Source of the DNA: Octopus vulgaris
Taxonomy: Eukaryota
NCBI GenBank assembly: GCA_951406725.2
Contig: OX597817.1
Location: 155,496,001 to 155,560,000, forward strand
Length of the DNA: 64,000 bases
Direction of reading: 5' to 3'
Shown here: one piece after another, positions 27,074 to 41,430 of the stretch
How positions within the stretch are numbered: position 1 is the stretch's first letter
Layout of the letters: each line of letters opens with the position of its first letter
Notes under the pieces: generated by a model
Told to the model about the DNA's origin: nothing
Seen by the model: the letters and a program-made list of their open reading frames with translations, nothing else
Database searches by the model: none
Made by a program: the position numbers and the translations under genes

Positions 27074-28303
27074 CAGGGTGCAGTGAATAAACAATCATCT
27101 AAATTATGCAAAAATGAAAATAACACTGACATCTCATTTTAACAGATATAATCTTTTACTCTTTTACTTGTTTCAGTCATTTGACTGCGGCCATGCTGGA
27201 GCACTGCCTTTAGTCGAGCAACTTGACCCCGGGACTTATTCTTTGTAAGCCCAGTACTTATTCTATCGGTCTCTTTTTGGCCGAACCGCTAAGTGACGGG
27301 GACATAAACACACCAGCATCGGTTGTCAAGCAATGCTAGGGGGACAGACACAGACACACAAACATACACGCACATATATATATACATATATACGACAGGC
27401 TTCTTTCAGTTTCCGTCTACCAAATCCACTCACAAGGCTTTGGTCGGCCTGAGGCTATAGTAGAAGACACTTGCCCAAGGTGCCACGCAGTGGGACTGAA
27501 CCCGGAACCATGTGGTTGGTAGGCAAGCTACTTACCACACAGCCACTCCTGCGCCTCATATATTTACCAAAATTACATAAAAATATCTTGAAATAGTAAA
27601 GAGTAAATTTATTCAATAAAATCTCCATTGGCTTCAACCACGGCCTCACAACTTCAGAATCTCCTGCAAGTCTTCTGGATATCTCTTTGTTTAAGTTGGT
27701 GAGTGCTGCCATAATCCTTCCCATCAGTTCATTTTTGGTGTTACAAGGAGTTTTGTTGGTCTCTCACTCAATTGCGCCTCACACACAATAATCAAAGTGG
27801 TTGTGGTCGCAGAAATTGCCCGACTGCCATGACTGGGCTCTTCTGTTTGTATGGCAAGGTGCAGAGTCCGGTTGTCAGACATAGGGTCTTCCAGCAGCCA
27901 CCCTCTTGATCCAGGGCAGCACTACCTCCTCTAGGCACTTGATGTAGGCTTCCATGATGAATCCAGGGCCATGTGGTAAGATGAATGTTGCCATCACTTG
28001 TGATCACTCAAAACACCGTGATGTTGACTGGATGTTTGATTTTTATCACTCTCAGTACATGTCTTCAGATTGACACCCCAACACTCTGAAGTGTTTGTAT
28101 TGGAGCTTCCAGCATGAATGCCAAGCAGTACTGCATGTAATTTCCAAATTTCTGGCAGAGTAAATTGCATCATGGTGCTGTTTTTCTCACAGATGATGCC
28201 CAACTGACCCTACTATACTGCATAGTTGACAAAATCAAAAACAAACAATGCACATGTGCGAAATTAAAAATATAAAATGCAACAGTTTACCCATCGCACC
28301 CTG
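27074..28303 (-). mobile_element. Degenerate Tc1/mariner element (maT/DD37D-like) with a nested SINE
   Basis: TA flanks, imperfect TIRs CAGGGTGC..TAAAC. Minus-strand transposase remnants KHPVNITVF, ITSDG and DSAPCH. Confidence 0.75.
27152..27557 (-). mobile_element. tRNA-derived SINE, family A, full length
   Basis: Same sequence as 23209-23588. Inserted in the mariner element. Confidence 0.9.
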
Positions 28304-28566
28304 TACACACAAGACATACTCTGTGTGTGTGTGTGTGTGTATAAAAACCTATCAGATACAAAGCCAAAGAAATATCTTGTATACAGATATACTAGCAGCT
28401 GTGTGTGTGTGTGTATTTTATAGATCATCAGTGAAGTATTATGAAGTAGATCCGTTAATCTGAAGTGGAGATTACAGTTGTTAATGCATAGTTTGAACTA
28501 ATGTAACTTAATTGAAAGAAAACAAAAACACAGAACATAGACATTTGAGAAATAGATATATTCTTC

Positions 28567-28951
28567 GAACGTGGCCGTGGCCAGCGCCGCCCCGACTGGC
28601 CTCCGTGCTGGTGGCACGTAAAAAGCACCATCCGATCGTGGCCGTTGCCAGCCTCGCCTGGCCTGGCCCCCGTGCTGGTGGCACATAAAAAGCACCACCC
28701 GACTGGCCTCCGTGCTGGTGGTATGTAAAAAGCACCATCCGTCCCTGGCCGTTTGCCACTTGTGTGGGTGGCACGTAAAAAGCACCTACTACACTCACGG
28801 AGTGGTTGGCGTTAGGAAGGGCATCCAGCTGTAGAAACACTGCCAGATCAGACTGGGCCTGGTGCAGCCTTCTGGCTTCCCAGACCCCAGTTGAACTGTC
28901 CAACCCATACTAGCATGGAAAGCGGATGCTAAATGATGATGATGATGATGA
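28567..28951 (+). mobile_element. RTE 3'-end fragment with internal GGTGGCACGTAAAAAGCACC sub-repeats
   Basis: Four copies of the motif, then the RTE tail and (GAT)n. Confidence 0.85.
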
Positions 28952-31430
28952 TTTGAAGGAGATGTGGTATTATGTGGTTGATAGAACAAAGACTGATAGA
29001 TGCTTAGAATGAGCTTAGGTGAAGGTGAAACAGTATAAGATATGAAGTCATAGGTTATTGTAATTGAATAAGAATACTAGACTCAGAGGTAGTTGGGAGT
29101 TATTTGAAGGTACACTTATAAAGTAAAGAGTTTTTATATATAGTCTAAATTGTATGTATATACAAACTAACACATATACTCAGATACACTCCTGCTTTCA
29201 GGAGTTGCATCTGTATTTTGTACTTTTGGTTCTGATGAGTGAGTTAGGTGGTTCCAGTGAGGACAAATATGTAATATTTGTTGTTAATATGATTATATTT
29301 TTCTGACTATCATCTCCCTTTCCCCAAATACCAACCATTTTCAATATTTACATCTAGACTATGAGAAAAATGTTGCTGTAATTGAATAATGTAAAGGGGA
29401 GAAGGACAAACAATCCTAAAAATAGAAAGTTTATTTTCCATGAAAGATTTTTTATTAAATAGCTTTAAATTAGAAAGAGAGAGAGAAATATTGATATTTT
29501 ACGGTATAATATTCCTACTGTACCACAATATATCTTCCATCCAACTCCAGAGTCACTGACTATATTCCCAAACCCTTCATTACAGTTTCTTTTTCAGATA
29601 TCCAAACTTAACTATCAGTTTCTCTTTTTTACCACAATATCACAAACTTCATTCTTCCAGAATTTCTTTTATTCATCTTTTATACCAATTTTTTGATTTG
29701 TCTTTTTCTGTACTCAAACATTCAAATGGAGAAAGAAAACAAAAACTTCCTTAAATACTGATTACAGTCTGCTTATAACTGTTCCTTCTCCACATAAAGT
29801 CTCCCTGTAAGGGAGACTATACAGGGAGACTACATGTGGAACTAAGGAGAAAGAAACTAAAAAGAAGTTTCTTAAAACCACAAAATACGTTTTTCTCAAC
29901 TACTTCACAGGGTATCAAATGTTAGAAAATACATGCAAAATTTGTTACAAGGAAGCAGGAATGACTTTTTTCTTAAGAAGAAAGATAACTTTGTCTCCAA
30001 CTTTAGAGTACAGATCACATAAGTAGTCTATTTTAGATACTAAGTAAGATATACACATGCAACTTGGTTGCTAATGATGGAAAAAAATACAAAAGTTTGA
30101 TAAAAGGCACTAGTCTTTCATTATGAAAAAGTCAAACAGTGTAAAACATGCATCCAAATTTAAATAATCTTCAGAATTTACTACTGGCTTTTACAATGAA
30201 AGTAAATGAAATTTATTATTTCATAACTATTTGTTAAGTACATTAATTGAAGCTAATAATGTTAACTAATAAAAATAAGCTTTGAATTTTAATTATTGAA
30301 ATCCAAGAATTACGATTAGCAATAACACTAAACTTGATTTTAACATTAATACATTAAAGGATAGTAAGTAAAAATTATAGGGAAAAATCTTAAAATGAAA
30401 AATTTATAGAACTTTAATCAATACATTTTTTTAATGTATTTAATGCAATAGTCCACTACATTACTGAAGCCTTTATTACAAAAAGACTTTTAAGAAATTT
30501 GTTAAATATTTTCAGCAAATGGCTGCTCCCAAGTCCTATTTAAAGGGAAAATACTTTATAACATCTGAAATTCATTCATATTATGAAACTGCAGCCTAAA
30601 TACTATAGAATAATTTGATTAGCTGCAAAAAGCACTCAGTTATGTTTTACTTTGCCTAACCCAACTGAATATAGAGAGAAGAAAAAAAAACAAACTAAAT
30701 TTGGCATTATAAATATAATTATAAACCGGCTTCAAAATTATAAATTAGAATGTATCATTAAACTAGATTTCTACTGACATAGATGATCAAAAAATATATA
30801 TGCTTATAATAAAAAAAATTAAGATAAGTTATATTTTAGAAATAAATAAGAAAAATTGTTGATTATGTAAAAAAAATTAATAATTAGTAACATTAGATTG
30901 TGAAAGCATACAAGTAAACTAATAAAAAAAAAGCGTAATATAAAAATGCAATCATTTGATGACATAACACGGCCTCATTTTGCTTTACTTCCAACAAAAA
31001 TCAATTTCTAAATGCATTTATTGCAGAAACTTTAGTCAGAAACAAAACTTAAGAAATGTCCAGCAGAAATGATAATTTTAAAATAACACCTAAATGATGG
31101 TGCTATGCTGACTTTTAAGGAACACGACAAATACAATAGGATCGTGGAGTATAATTTTATATTCAATTTATCTAAAACTTTTATCAACCAAAACACTCCT
31201 TTTCTTTCTTTTTAAATATCACAAGATGCCTTGCATAACTGAATAATCAATGATAGCCATGACAATGATATTTAACTAAGACAATAAATGAACACAACAC
31301 AATATCAATTATAGACTTCTACATAAAGCACAACATCAATTTGCAATAACACATTATAGTCAATCTAAATACTGGTTATTCAGTCCAGTGCCACAGTAAT
31401 TGAATTAGTTTAAAAGATCCTGATGACTAC

Positions 31431-31541
31431 CTGATACATTGATGCCTGAACCAACTGCTGGAATTGTGTAGCAGCTTGAATGTGGTATGGATTGAATGAT
31501 GTAACTGATGGTAATTGCACATGACCAGAAGGAAGTCCTGT
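31431..31541 (-). CDS. WNK1: WNK symmetric exon: TGLPSGHVQLPSVTSFNPYHIQAATQFQQLVQASMYQ
   Basis: tttttccag acceptor, CAG|gtagt donor, 111 nt, phase 0-0, open frame, Q/P-rich like neighbouring exons. Confidence 0.75.
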
Positions 31542-33205
31542 CTGGAAAAACACAAGTAACTTTAACCTAAACTGTTTCTACAGAAATTGAAATATTGTAA
31601 AATATTTTTGGAAAGAAAAGGAAAAAAAAAAGAAAAGAAAATACATTGCAAACAAAAAAGAATTTATTTCATTTGATTATTGTTTTTAATATTGAAAATT
31701 TTGTAAAGTTTTCAAACTATAAAATCTATTTAAGCACAACTTGTAAACAGAAAAACTAACAGCATTTCAATAGAAAAAAAAAAGACAAACCGATTAAAAT
31801 TAATTACATCAATATTTTTTTGTTTGTAACAAACACTAATTGAGTAGGTAAGCAAAATGCAAGTGGAGAAATAATCATAGATACTAATAACATGCTTTAA
31901 CAAAGAAGGAAAATATACAGCAAACAAATTTTTTAAAAAATTAATTCAGAAACACTTTTGAGAACTCTATATTGAAGAAGCATTAACTAATATTTATTCT
32001 GATTTTTATTCATATCTAAATCTTCAAGAAGCTATTGTATTTCTTATAACTATTTCAGTAAAATAAATTCTAAGGAAGGGCAGAATAATTGCAAATTATC
32101 TAAACTGGACAAATTAACATTTTCATAGTAAAAACATCAGCAAAAATTTAATGTTTGCTAAAATCAAATACTGAAACTTGAGAATCATAAGCCAAGAAAA
32201 CTTCTACAGAGTTGCTTTTCAGGTTCTATAAAGCAACCAAATCTGTCTAAGTTCACATCTGTCATTAAAATGGAGAATAAGTTTATGTTCTAAATCATTA
32301 GCCAGCATGTTCACAATAGTCTTTGTTTTCAACAATGCCAGTTACAATAGCAGCTGAAAGATTCTTCAATCAGACAGCTCCATGCCATAGTTAATGGGAG
32401 TATTCAATAGTAAGTTAAAAATTAATACACTATTCTAATTATTTACCAAGGTATTAACTTTTAGTTCATAATCTTTAGATGGATGGCTTTTAAAATTAAT
32501 TTTTAAATACACTTATACGTGTAAGTAATGTAAGTACAGTAAGTAATGTCAGTAATGTAATTCCAAACAATGGTTTTCATACATTTATAATACAATTGAT
32601 CATTACATGAATTAAAAGTAAAGCAGTCAGTTGAGATAGTTGCAATGTCTTTGGACTTTGACTTTATAAAAACTGTTTTTTTTTATTCTATAAGTTCTAT
32701 ACAGAGGAGAAAGAGGGTATGAAAGTTAATTAACGAGCATTACAGCAAGAGATGTGTTGTAAGCGAATTCAAAGACTAATATAATTAGACCAGTTCAAGA
32801 GAATAACTCTAAAGTAAATAAAAAATTTTTTTAAATAGCATTTTTAGATGAAAATTTGGAAGAACAAAAATTCCAAATAATTTCATACAATTCTCAAGAA
32901 ATATTAATTTGTTCATTTTTATTTTTCTACTGGTCTCAATCATTAAAGCTAATTCTAAATTCAATACAATCAGCTGTACTACATGACCACCATCACCATT
33001 CTAATGCTCCCTTTTCCATACCTGTACAAGTCAGAAGTAATTCACTGAGGTAAAGTTTCTACAGCCCTCCTTGTTACCAATACACATATTTTCAAACAAG
33101 GTAATATTTCCCAGTCAGTCACATTTTCATGGAAGAGTGAAAACAAATGATACTGCTGGTGTGGTGGTGATACTTGTTTACAACTGTTGCATGATATCAA
33201 GAATG

Positions 33206-33263
<58 letters not shown>

Positions 33264-36200
33264 CACACACACACACATACACCTCCAGCCTATGTAAGCA
33301 TGGAACATTGATACTATATACCGGATCGACTTGTTTCAGTTTCCATCTAACAAATCTACTAATAAAGCTTTGGAAAGTTAAAGACATTTGGCCTATGTTA
33401 TTGCACAGTGTGATTGAAATGAAACCAGGTAACTGGGAAGTAAACTTCTTAACCACACAGTCATGCTTGAGGAAATTATAAACAATTTCCAAAAGGCTCT
33501 TTCAGTGATAATTTCAATAACTTCATTAAAAGCTTTCATATTATATTTAGTTTTATTTAAAAAGATTTTTTAAAGAGACATTACAGACACATGTCTGAAT
33601 AATTCCTGTTATAATTTACATAATGCACAGGAACCTATGAATAACAATTTATATACGAGGGAACAATTTATATGTATCATTTTCATGAATTTCTGATAAA
33701 AATATATTAGTGTTATATATATCAAACGCAAATGTAATAATAGGAAGCAGAGGGAAAGAAAAAAAACAATCTCTAGTGATCTAAATTTTCCATTTCAAGC
33801 AAATTTTAGCTATTTTGAAAAGCCATAAAAGAAACCAAACAGGTAAAATAGTAATTTGTAGTCTAGCAGCCAAGATATTAGAAAAACCAAATAGTCATAA
33901 AAATGTATCACACAAAACTACTTGTCAAAATAACACAAAGAAGTATATAAAGTTAAAATACCAATGCAATTAGCAAAGATATTGCAATTTACACACTGTG
34001 TGTGTGTGTATGAAACAAATTCAAGCAGTAAATATTAAATTTCTAAATTGTTTCTCAATGTTAGATAATAGAAAAAAAAATTAGTATTTGTTTTTATTTT
34101 GAATATGAAATTAATAAAATTAAAAATCAAGTTTAACACAAACACAGTAAATAATAAATATATTAAAAAGAAATCGAAAATCTAAATTCATTTAACTGAA
34201 GCAAAATTAAAAATGAAAAAGTGATAAAATATTCCATTTCTTTATAACATTACCATTATCTAAACCTTAAGATAAATTTTAACTTTCTTCAAGAACACAA
34301 ATTTTGTCTGCAAGACTGGTGTTATAAGAAACAGAACATGATAAAATGTTAAACGAATATGAAAACAAAACAATTCTAAGCTGGCTAACTATGAAAGTAG
34401 TTGCCTTCAGAAGCCAATTTGAATTGAACCATATTAACATATAGAAAGGAGAAACAGATTCCTTATGTTTGATCTTATAATTCATAACATTACTATATCA
34501 TAAAAACAAATAATTTATTGCAAGATATTAACTTTTAAAGTAAGGCCGAAACTGGAAAGTTTTCAGAATAACTATCAAAACAGTCTCCTTGATTTCCATT
34601 ATGAAATAATCTAATGAAGGTAAATTGGCTTTTATTGAGTGGATCTTTTAAAGAAAGATAACCCTAGTTTGTAAAAATTACTTTTTCCTCAATTTCACAA
34701 TTTATACAAAAGCATTTTATTAAATTCATTAAAAAAAATCCCCATATCAAGAATTATGATCTTTGTTGTTTTATTGGTTGGTGAAAATAAAATAGTACAA
34801 TACAGTAGTATTTAAGTGAACAAACATTTAGTTAATGACACCCAATACCATACCGGAAACCAATCAGTAAGTTACTTAAGGAACAATGAAACATTAACTT
34901 TCAAACCATATAAAATTAATAGTTCAATAGCTTCTAATCACAATAAAGGTAGCTGATATTGTGTCTTTTCTGCACAGTTGGCTTCATATGTCAAATAAGG
35001 AAACTGATTCCATAATTAACACTTTGTGAAAAAATTTTGTCTGGGTAGTACAATTTTATCATACATACATATAATAAATAATGAAATAACTGCTGAAAAT
35101 TCCACCAGGAAAGCATTTACTAATGAATAACTTACAATTTGCACAGAAACATACTTACAGAAATATAGCTAAAATTTATTTTTTCTTATAAGAGTTACAG
35201 CTATGCAATCCTATGAAAACTTAGTTAAGAGCACACAATTGTTAATGATAGTACACAATGCTACCATAATCATTAAAAATTTCTCTCCAAATAAAGGGCT
35301 CTGTCCAAAACGCCAGTATTCTTGTCTCATAAAGATAAGAATACTAACTAAAAATAATTTAGTAAATATGCAAATTTACTAAACAATTTTTGCTGACAGA
35401 CTGATTCCTGTTATTTACACATGATTGTTTGTTACATAAATGTTCCTTGAAAATGGCTGCTACAAGAGTGATCAAAGTTTGAAAAGCTAAGATACCAAGT
35501 TGTTTGTAATAATGAAGATCCTAATTTAGCAGCAGCCAATAGCCAACTGAATCAAGTATTTGTTTAAACAAAGATGCATAAAAAAAAAAAATAAACTGTT
35601 GGAAACTGATTTCAGAACAACAGAGCCCAATGTAAATATAATTCATTCAACTAATTAGAAAAAGCTTTAAACAGGTGATGGCATTCAAACCTACATGTGT
35701 GGAAACCTGTAAGCTTATGTATAACCCGTTTTGGTTTAAAATTGGAGGAAATCAAACCTCTTTCACACACAAACACACATTCCATAAAACATAAATATTT
35801 TATAATGTAACTTCATTTCAAATGTTTAATTTGAAGGCAAACAATAGAATTTCCTTTATTTTTTAACAAATAAAAGATTCAATTTAATTATTCTATAATG
35901 TATAGAATTAACCAACAAGAGTTGTAACCGGATAAAAGGACATCTAACACTGAGGCTTTGAAAGAAAGAGATTCAGAATATTTTCCTTGGTAAGCAATGT
36001 GTCTATAGATACATAAAATAGAATTTAAATGTTAAAAATTCTATAATATAAAATATAGTATAAAAAATATTTCAAATATCAGGACTTTTAAAAATTTATG
36101 AATAATTTGATTTTTTAAGAGATACATAGATTATCAAACTTTAAACATTAATAATATACTTTTAAAATTCAGCTGCATTGGGATTTTAAGAAAATTTTAC

Positions 36201-36276
36201 ATAATATTGTCATCTGAGATTTTCAATGCAAATACTTAAAAATGAAGGTGTTTTGTTACCATAGTAATAAACTTAC

Positions 36277-36332
36277 CTTATGAGAAGGAGCTAGTCCAAT
36301 AGGTTCAGTAAGCTGATGTGAAGATTCATTCA
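36277..36332 (-). CDS. WNK1: WNK small exon: (V)NESSHQLTEPIGLAPSHK
   Basis: ttttag acceptor, AAG|gtaagt donor, 56 nt. Phase 1 to 0 is exactly what is needed to rejoin the downstream phase-0 exons. Confidence 0.8.
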
Positions 36333-36776
36333 CTAAAATAAAATGTGTTTGATAAATTCATAAAATGCAAGGAAACTGGCTTCTTAAAAAAATCATGAAA
36401 TGCTGATAAAATATAATGCAGTGTTGGTTACAGTATTAAGAAAATCTTTTAGAATCACAATAATCCACTGATTTGGATAAAAATTGTTTTTGGTGGTACA
36501 AATTGCATAGAATACAGAAAAGATTTAAAGAAAAATATGTACAATTTTTTTATAAATGAAATTTTTTTTTAAATTTTGAAAAGTATATTAATTATTGAAA
36601 TCAGAAGAATATTAATGCTAAAAATCAAGGCTAACATGACAATGAACTGAGTTCATTTTGTAACTGGTTCTCTTACATTTTAAGTGATTCATCAAAGGTT
36701 CTCAACTGTTCGAAAATAACTAAAAAGATGACAGCACATATAAATATACACGTTATGTATAAAGGATAAAAATTAC

Positions 36777-37212
36777 CAGCCGTGGGATGTTCTGCCTGGG
36801 AGCCTAAGTTACCTTGATGTCCCTCTGTGGTCCCAGTAGTAGTAGTGGCGGTGGTAGTGGTGGTAGTAGTAGTACACGTAGTAGTAGTAGTAGCTGTTGT
36901 TGTTGTAGCAGCAGTAGGTTGCTGAGGTTGTTGTGAAGTAGACGGTGGTTGCGATGTTGGCAGACCCTGTGACTGATGAGGTGTGGCCATCTGTTGTGGT
37001 TGTAGAGGTAATTGTGTTTGAGAGGTCTGAACATTTGGAGTTTGGGATGTAGAAGTTGATGGTTGTCCATCTTGGCCGCTTGGAACATCTGATGCCTTCT
37101 GTTGGGCTTCAGCAGCCTTGCGTTCATTATCACGCCGAGCTTGAGAAATTCGTTCTCGAATTTGTTTACCTACTATTCTAATTTCTTCCTCTTGTAAAAA
37201 TCCTGATTTCAC
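36777..37212 (-). CDS. WNK1: WNK exon: end of PF2 domain, coiled coil, then Q/P/T-rich low-complexity region with a poly-Thr tract
   Basis: aaag acceptor, gtaat donor, 436 nt, phase 0 to 1. VKSGFLQEEEIRIVGKQIRERI. Lies within ORF 36673..37212. Confidence 0.9.
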
Positions 37213-37353
37213 CTTTAGAATAAATATGTCAGTAATAATTAATTATGCTTTATATACATATAAATATATATATATATATATATATACATACACACTTAAG
37301 TAAAATGTAAAATATGTCCATTTATTTTTTAAAATATGCTTGAAAAATTTTAC

Positions 37354-37585
37354 CATTTCTCTTGCTACATCTTCAGGACTATCTTTCTTTAAATCAAAGC
37401 CAAACTGGATAGCTTCATTTTCTTTATGTTTATCTTTTCGCTTCTTGGGGTCCACCACTCTTAAGCGGAGTTGAATAATTTGGCTTTTGTCCACATCATT
37501 TTCATCATGCCATGAAACCAGCTCTACTTTCAAACCAGTGTCTTCTAAGAAGAAGTTCAGCTGCAATAATTCTTTTACCATATAT
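37354..37585 (-). CDS. WNK1: WNK exon: kinase C-terminus and autoinhibitory/PF2-like domain (LRLRVVDPKKRKDKHKENEAIQFGFDL...EDVAREM)
   Basis: ctag acceptor, gtaaa donor, 232 nt, phase 2 to 0. Lies within ORF 37243..37620. Confidence 0.93.
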
Positions 37586-37867
37586 CTAGTAGGATGATAA
37601 ATAAAAAAATTAAAAACCATTACGAAATAAGTTTACAATACAAAATATTCTGTTTAATACCTATTTTCCAAACTGGCTTGGGTTAGATTGCTCTATCACA
37701 TTTAACATGTTCTAAAAGCAAAATTTTTAATACAAGATCACATTTTTGCTTCATTTAATGCAAAAGAACATAATTATTCTTGTGTTGACCATTTTTAAAA
37801 ATAAAAAGCAAATTTGTGAAGCACACAAAAACTGCAATTTGTTTTATAGAATTCAGCTAAAATTTAA

Positions 37868-40800
37868 CCCTTTCGTTACTATATTTCTGACCAAATTACA
37901 CCCCTTATGTGTTTCAATTAATTTCTAACATAATCATAAATTTAGTCTGATTTCATTAAACAACTATAACTTTTTTATTTATCAATATATTAATGTGATT
38001 TTTGGAAGGACTGGAAGAACGGTGGTAGCAGGGAAATGTATCAGACTGCCAGAAGGGAAGCTAGGAGACAGGTCTATCTAGCCAGAGGGGAAGCAGATAA
38101 GAAAAAATTTGCCAATGTTCTGCGCCGTGAGGATGAAAGACTTGAGGTATTTCGTGTTGCAAGACAGTGTGTGAGAGAGAATCGTGACGTGGTAGGAGAG
38201 AAATGTGTTCGCAAGGATGACGGTTCACTTGCGCTAAATGAGGATGCAAAGAGAGAGGCTTAGAGACGCCACTATGAAAGGTTGCTGAATGAGGAAAATG
38301 AATGGGATAAAGAGAGTCTGCCGAATGTCGACCCAACAGAGGGACCAGCAATCCGAGTTAACAGTTCCTTAGTAGTTAAGGCAATTACAAGCATGAAAAC
38401 AGGGAAAGCCCCAGGCCCATCAGGAATTACTGCAGAGATGCTCAAAATATCTGGTAGTGTCGGCTATAGCCTAGTCACCCGTATAGTTAACCAGGTGATA
38501 CACGAAGGAGTCATACTCAATGACTGGTGTAGCAGCATAATAGTCAACTGCTACAAAGGTAAAGGTGACGCCCTAGATACAAATAACTACAGGGGTATCA
38601 AGCTGCTGGATCAGGTAATGAAGGTTACGGAGAGGGTTATAGCCCAATTAATTAGAGAGAGAGTTAGCTTAGATGAGATGCAGTTTGGGTTCGTGCCAGG
38701 GAAAAGTACTACTGATGCTATATTCCTGGTAAGACAGCTGCAGGAGAAATACCTAGCCAAAGATAAGCCCCTGTACCTGGCTTTTGTTGACATGGAGAAA
38801 GCCTTTGACAGGGTCCCCCGATCCCTTATCTGGTGGTCAATGAGGAAACTAGGGATAGATGAATGGTTAGTGAGAGCTGTGCGAGCTGTACAGAGACGCT
38901 GCTAGTAAGGTGAGGGTTGGCAACGAGTACAGTGAAGAATTCCGGGTAGAGGTTGGGGTCCACCAAGGTTCAGTCCTCAGCCCCCTCCTATTTATCATAG
39001 TCCTCCAGGCAATAACGGAGGAATTCAAGACAGGATGCCCCTGGGAGCTCCTATATGCTGACGACCTTGCTCTAATTGCTGAGTCACTATCAGAACTGGA
39101 GGAGAAGTTCCAGGTGTGGAAGGAGGGTCTAGAATCGAGGGGCCTTAGAGTCAACCTAACTAAAACCAAAGTACTAATAAGTAGGAAGGTAGACAATCCA
39201 CAAATGTCTTCAGGAAGATGGCCCTGCTCGATCTGTAGAAAAGGTGTAGGTAGAAACTCTATAAGATGTACCCAGTGTAAGCTATGGACACATAAGAGGT
39301 GCAGCAATGTCAAAGGAAGGCTAACTGGGAAGATAGTTTTTGTATGTGGCAGATGCTCGGGAGCATTAACCTCTGAAAATCTGCAGAAAACAACTTCCGT
39401 CACTTTCCAGGGGGAAAAACTAGAAGTAGTTGATAGCTTCCGTTATATTGGTGACCATGTCAGTAGTTGGGGTGGGTGTGCTGAAAGTGTAACGGCTAGA
39501 GTAAGAATAGCCTGGGCGAAGTTTAGGGAGCTCTTACCTCTGCTGGTGACTAAAGGCCTCTCGCTCAGAGTAAAAGGCAGACTGTATGATGCATGTGTAC
39601 GAACAGCCATGCTACATGGCAGTGAAACATGGGCCATGACTGCTGAGGACATGCATAAGCTCGCGAGAAATGAAGCCAGTATGCTCCGATGGATGTGTAA
39701 TGTCAGTGTGCATGCTCGACAGAGCGTTAGTACCCTGAGAGAAATGTTGGACTTAAGGAGCATCAGTTGTGGTGCAAGAGAGACGATTGCGCTGGTATGG
39801 TCATGTGGCGAGAATGGATGAAGATAGGTGTGTGAAAAAGTGCCAATCCCTAGCAGTGGAGGGAACCCATGGAAGAGGTAGACCCAGGAAAACTTGGGAT
39901 GAGGTGGTGAAGCACGACCTTCGAACTTTAGGTCTCACTGAGGAAATGACCTGTGACCGAGACCTTTGGAAATATGCAGTGCGTGAAAAGACCAGGCAGG
40001 ACAAGTGAGTCCAGCCCACTTATGCATGCCTTTCTTCCCTTGGACACACAAAGACCTGTTGAGGCAAGCGAAGTCGATATTGAACCTCATCCGACTTCAG
40101 GCACCTATGCCTACCCGCCTTTGCTTGCGAAGACCTGTTGGGGCAAGTGAAGTCGAAATCGAACCAATCCTATGACTGGCACCTGGCAGATGCCAGGACC
40201 CCTGGACTGGAGATACGTAAAAAGCACTATCCAAATCGTGGCCGATGCCAGCGCCGCCTCGACTGGCTTCCGTGTCGGTGGCACGTAAAATGCACCAATC
40301 CGACCGTGGCCGATGCCAGCCTCGCCTGGCTCCAGTGCAGGTGGCACGTAAAAAGCACCCACTACACTCACGGAGTGGTTGGCGTTAGGAAGGGCATCCA
40401 GCTGTAGAAACATTGCCAGATAAGACCAGAGCCTGGGGCAGCCTTCTGGCTTCCCAGATCCCGGTCGAACCTTCCAACCCATGGAGAACGGACGTTAAAC
40501 GACGATGATGATCTCAACCAATTCTATACTATAATTTTTGTCACAAAGTGACTCTAATTGCAGGTAGATACAGGTAAATTCAACAAAATATAAAATTATT
40601 AAAATTTTGTTCAAACATCGCTATAGAAAATGGGTTATTAGCTAATATTCAATTGGGTATACAACAAAATTTTACGATAGAATTTGTTATTCTGGGTAAC
40701 TTTCTGATACCCATAATAATATTTATGGCAAAATAGTCTTAATTTCATTTAAGATTGTGGGAAACCACTAACTATCCTTTCTTTCGCTTTTTTTACATTT

Positions 40801-41430
40801 AGCGTAACGGTTCGTTTCCGCCGTAATGATTTCAAATAGGCTCATTCGAAAAAGTAAAAAGAAATAGTCTAAGGCTTTACTCTCCTGGGAAAGTCTGTGG
40901 CTTGGTCCAGTTTCTTCAGAAAAATCACCGAAAGAAACAGTTTTTAAATTTTCACTCCATTCAGGTGCCAATTCATTTTCTTTATTGCTGTCGGAGCTCT
41001 CGGATTCACTGTTTTCACTTTCGGAAAATGAAACATCAGATTCATTATCAAATACCATGTGCTTTTTTTTTCAGTCATAGAGTTAGATTTATCAAGGTCT
41101 TCGGTAGAAAATCCTTCGAATTCTGACTCGCTGCTTGATATAATGAAATTCGTATCCATTTTTTGTCAGAATTACAAATTTTGAAAACACAATAGGAACA
41201 AATTTCGGAAAAATATCTCCCAAAATTCACGGAATTAAAATTACACTTCAATCGTTGTACAAAACTGTAGATGAACTGTTTACGAAGTATAATCACATGT
41301 TTTCACGAAAGTACTAAAGAGATTTGCTCTGATATTCTCATTTAAATATGAATAGGTAAATACAGGCGGGTTTGGTCACATTAACCAAAATTTTTTTTGG
41401 GCGGCTTTGGGCGGTTTGCTAACGAAAGGG
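37868..41430 (-). mobile_element. Internally deleted piggyBac DNA transposon hosting the RTE insertion
   Basis: TTAA at 37864-37867 and 41431-41434, TIRs CCCTTTCGTTA/TAACGAAAGGG. Minus-strand 40768-41159 encodes an acidic N-terminus plus DYFFLLF...IITAETNRYA, typical of piggyBac/PGBD transposases. Confidence 0.88.
38004..40512 (+). mobile_element. 5'-truncated RTE-clade non-LTR retrotransposon (RT disrupted) with 3' UTR and (GAT)n tail
   Basis: ORFs 38036..40008 carry KAPGPSG, NYRGIKLL, QFGF, FVDMEKAFD, GVHQGSVLSP, YADD, RLRWYGHV and GRGRPRKTW. One stop (about 38261) and two frameshifts (about 38885 and 39770). Confidence 0.95.
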
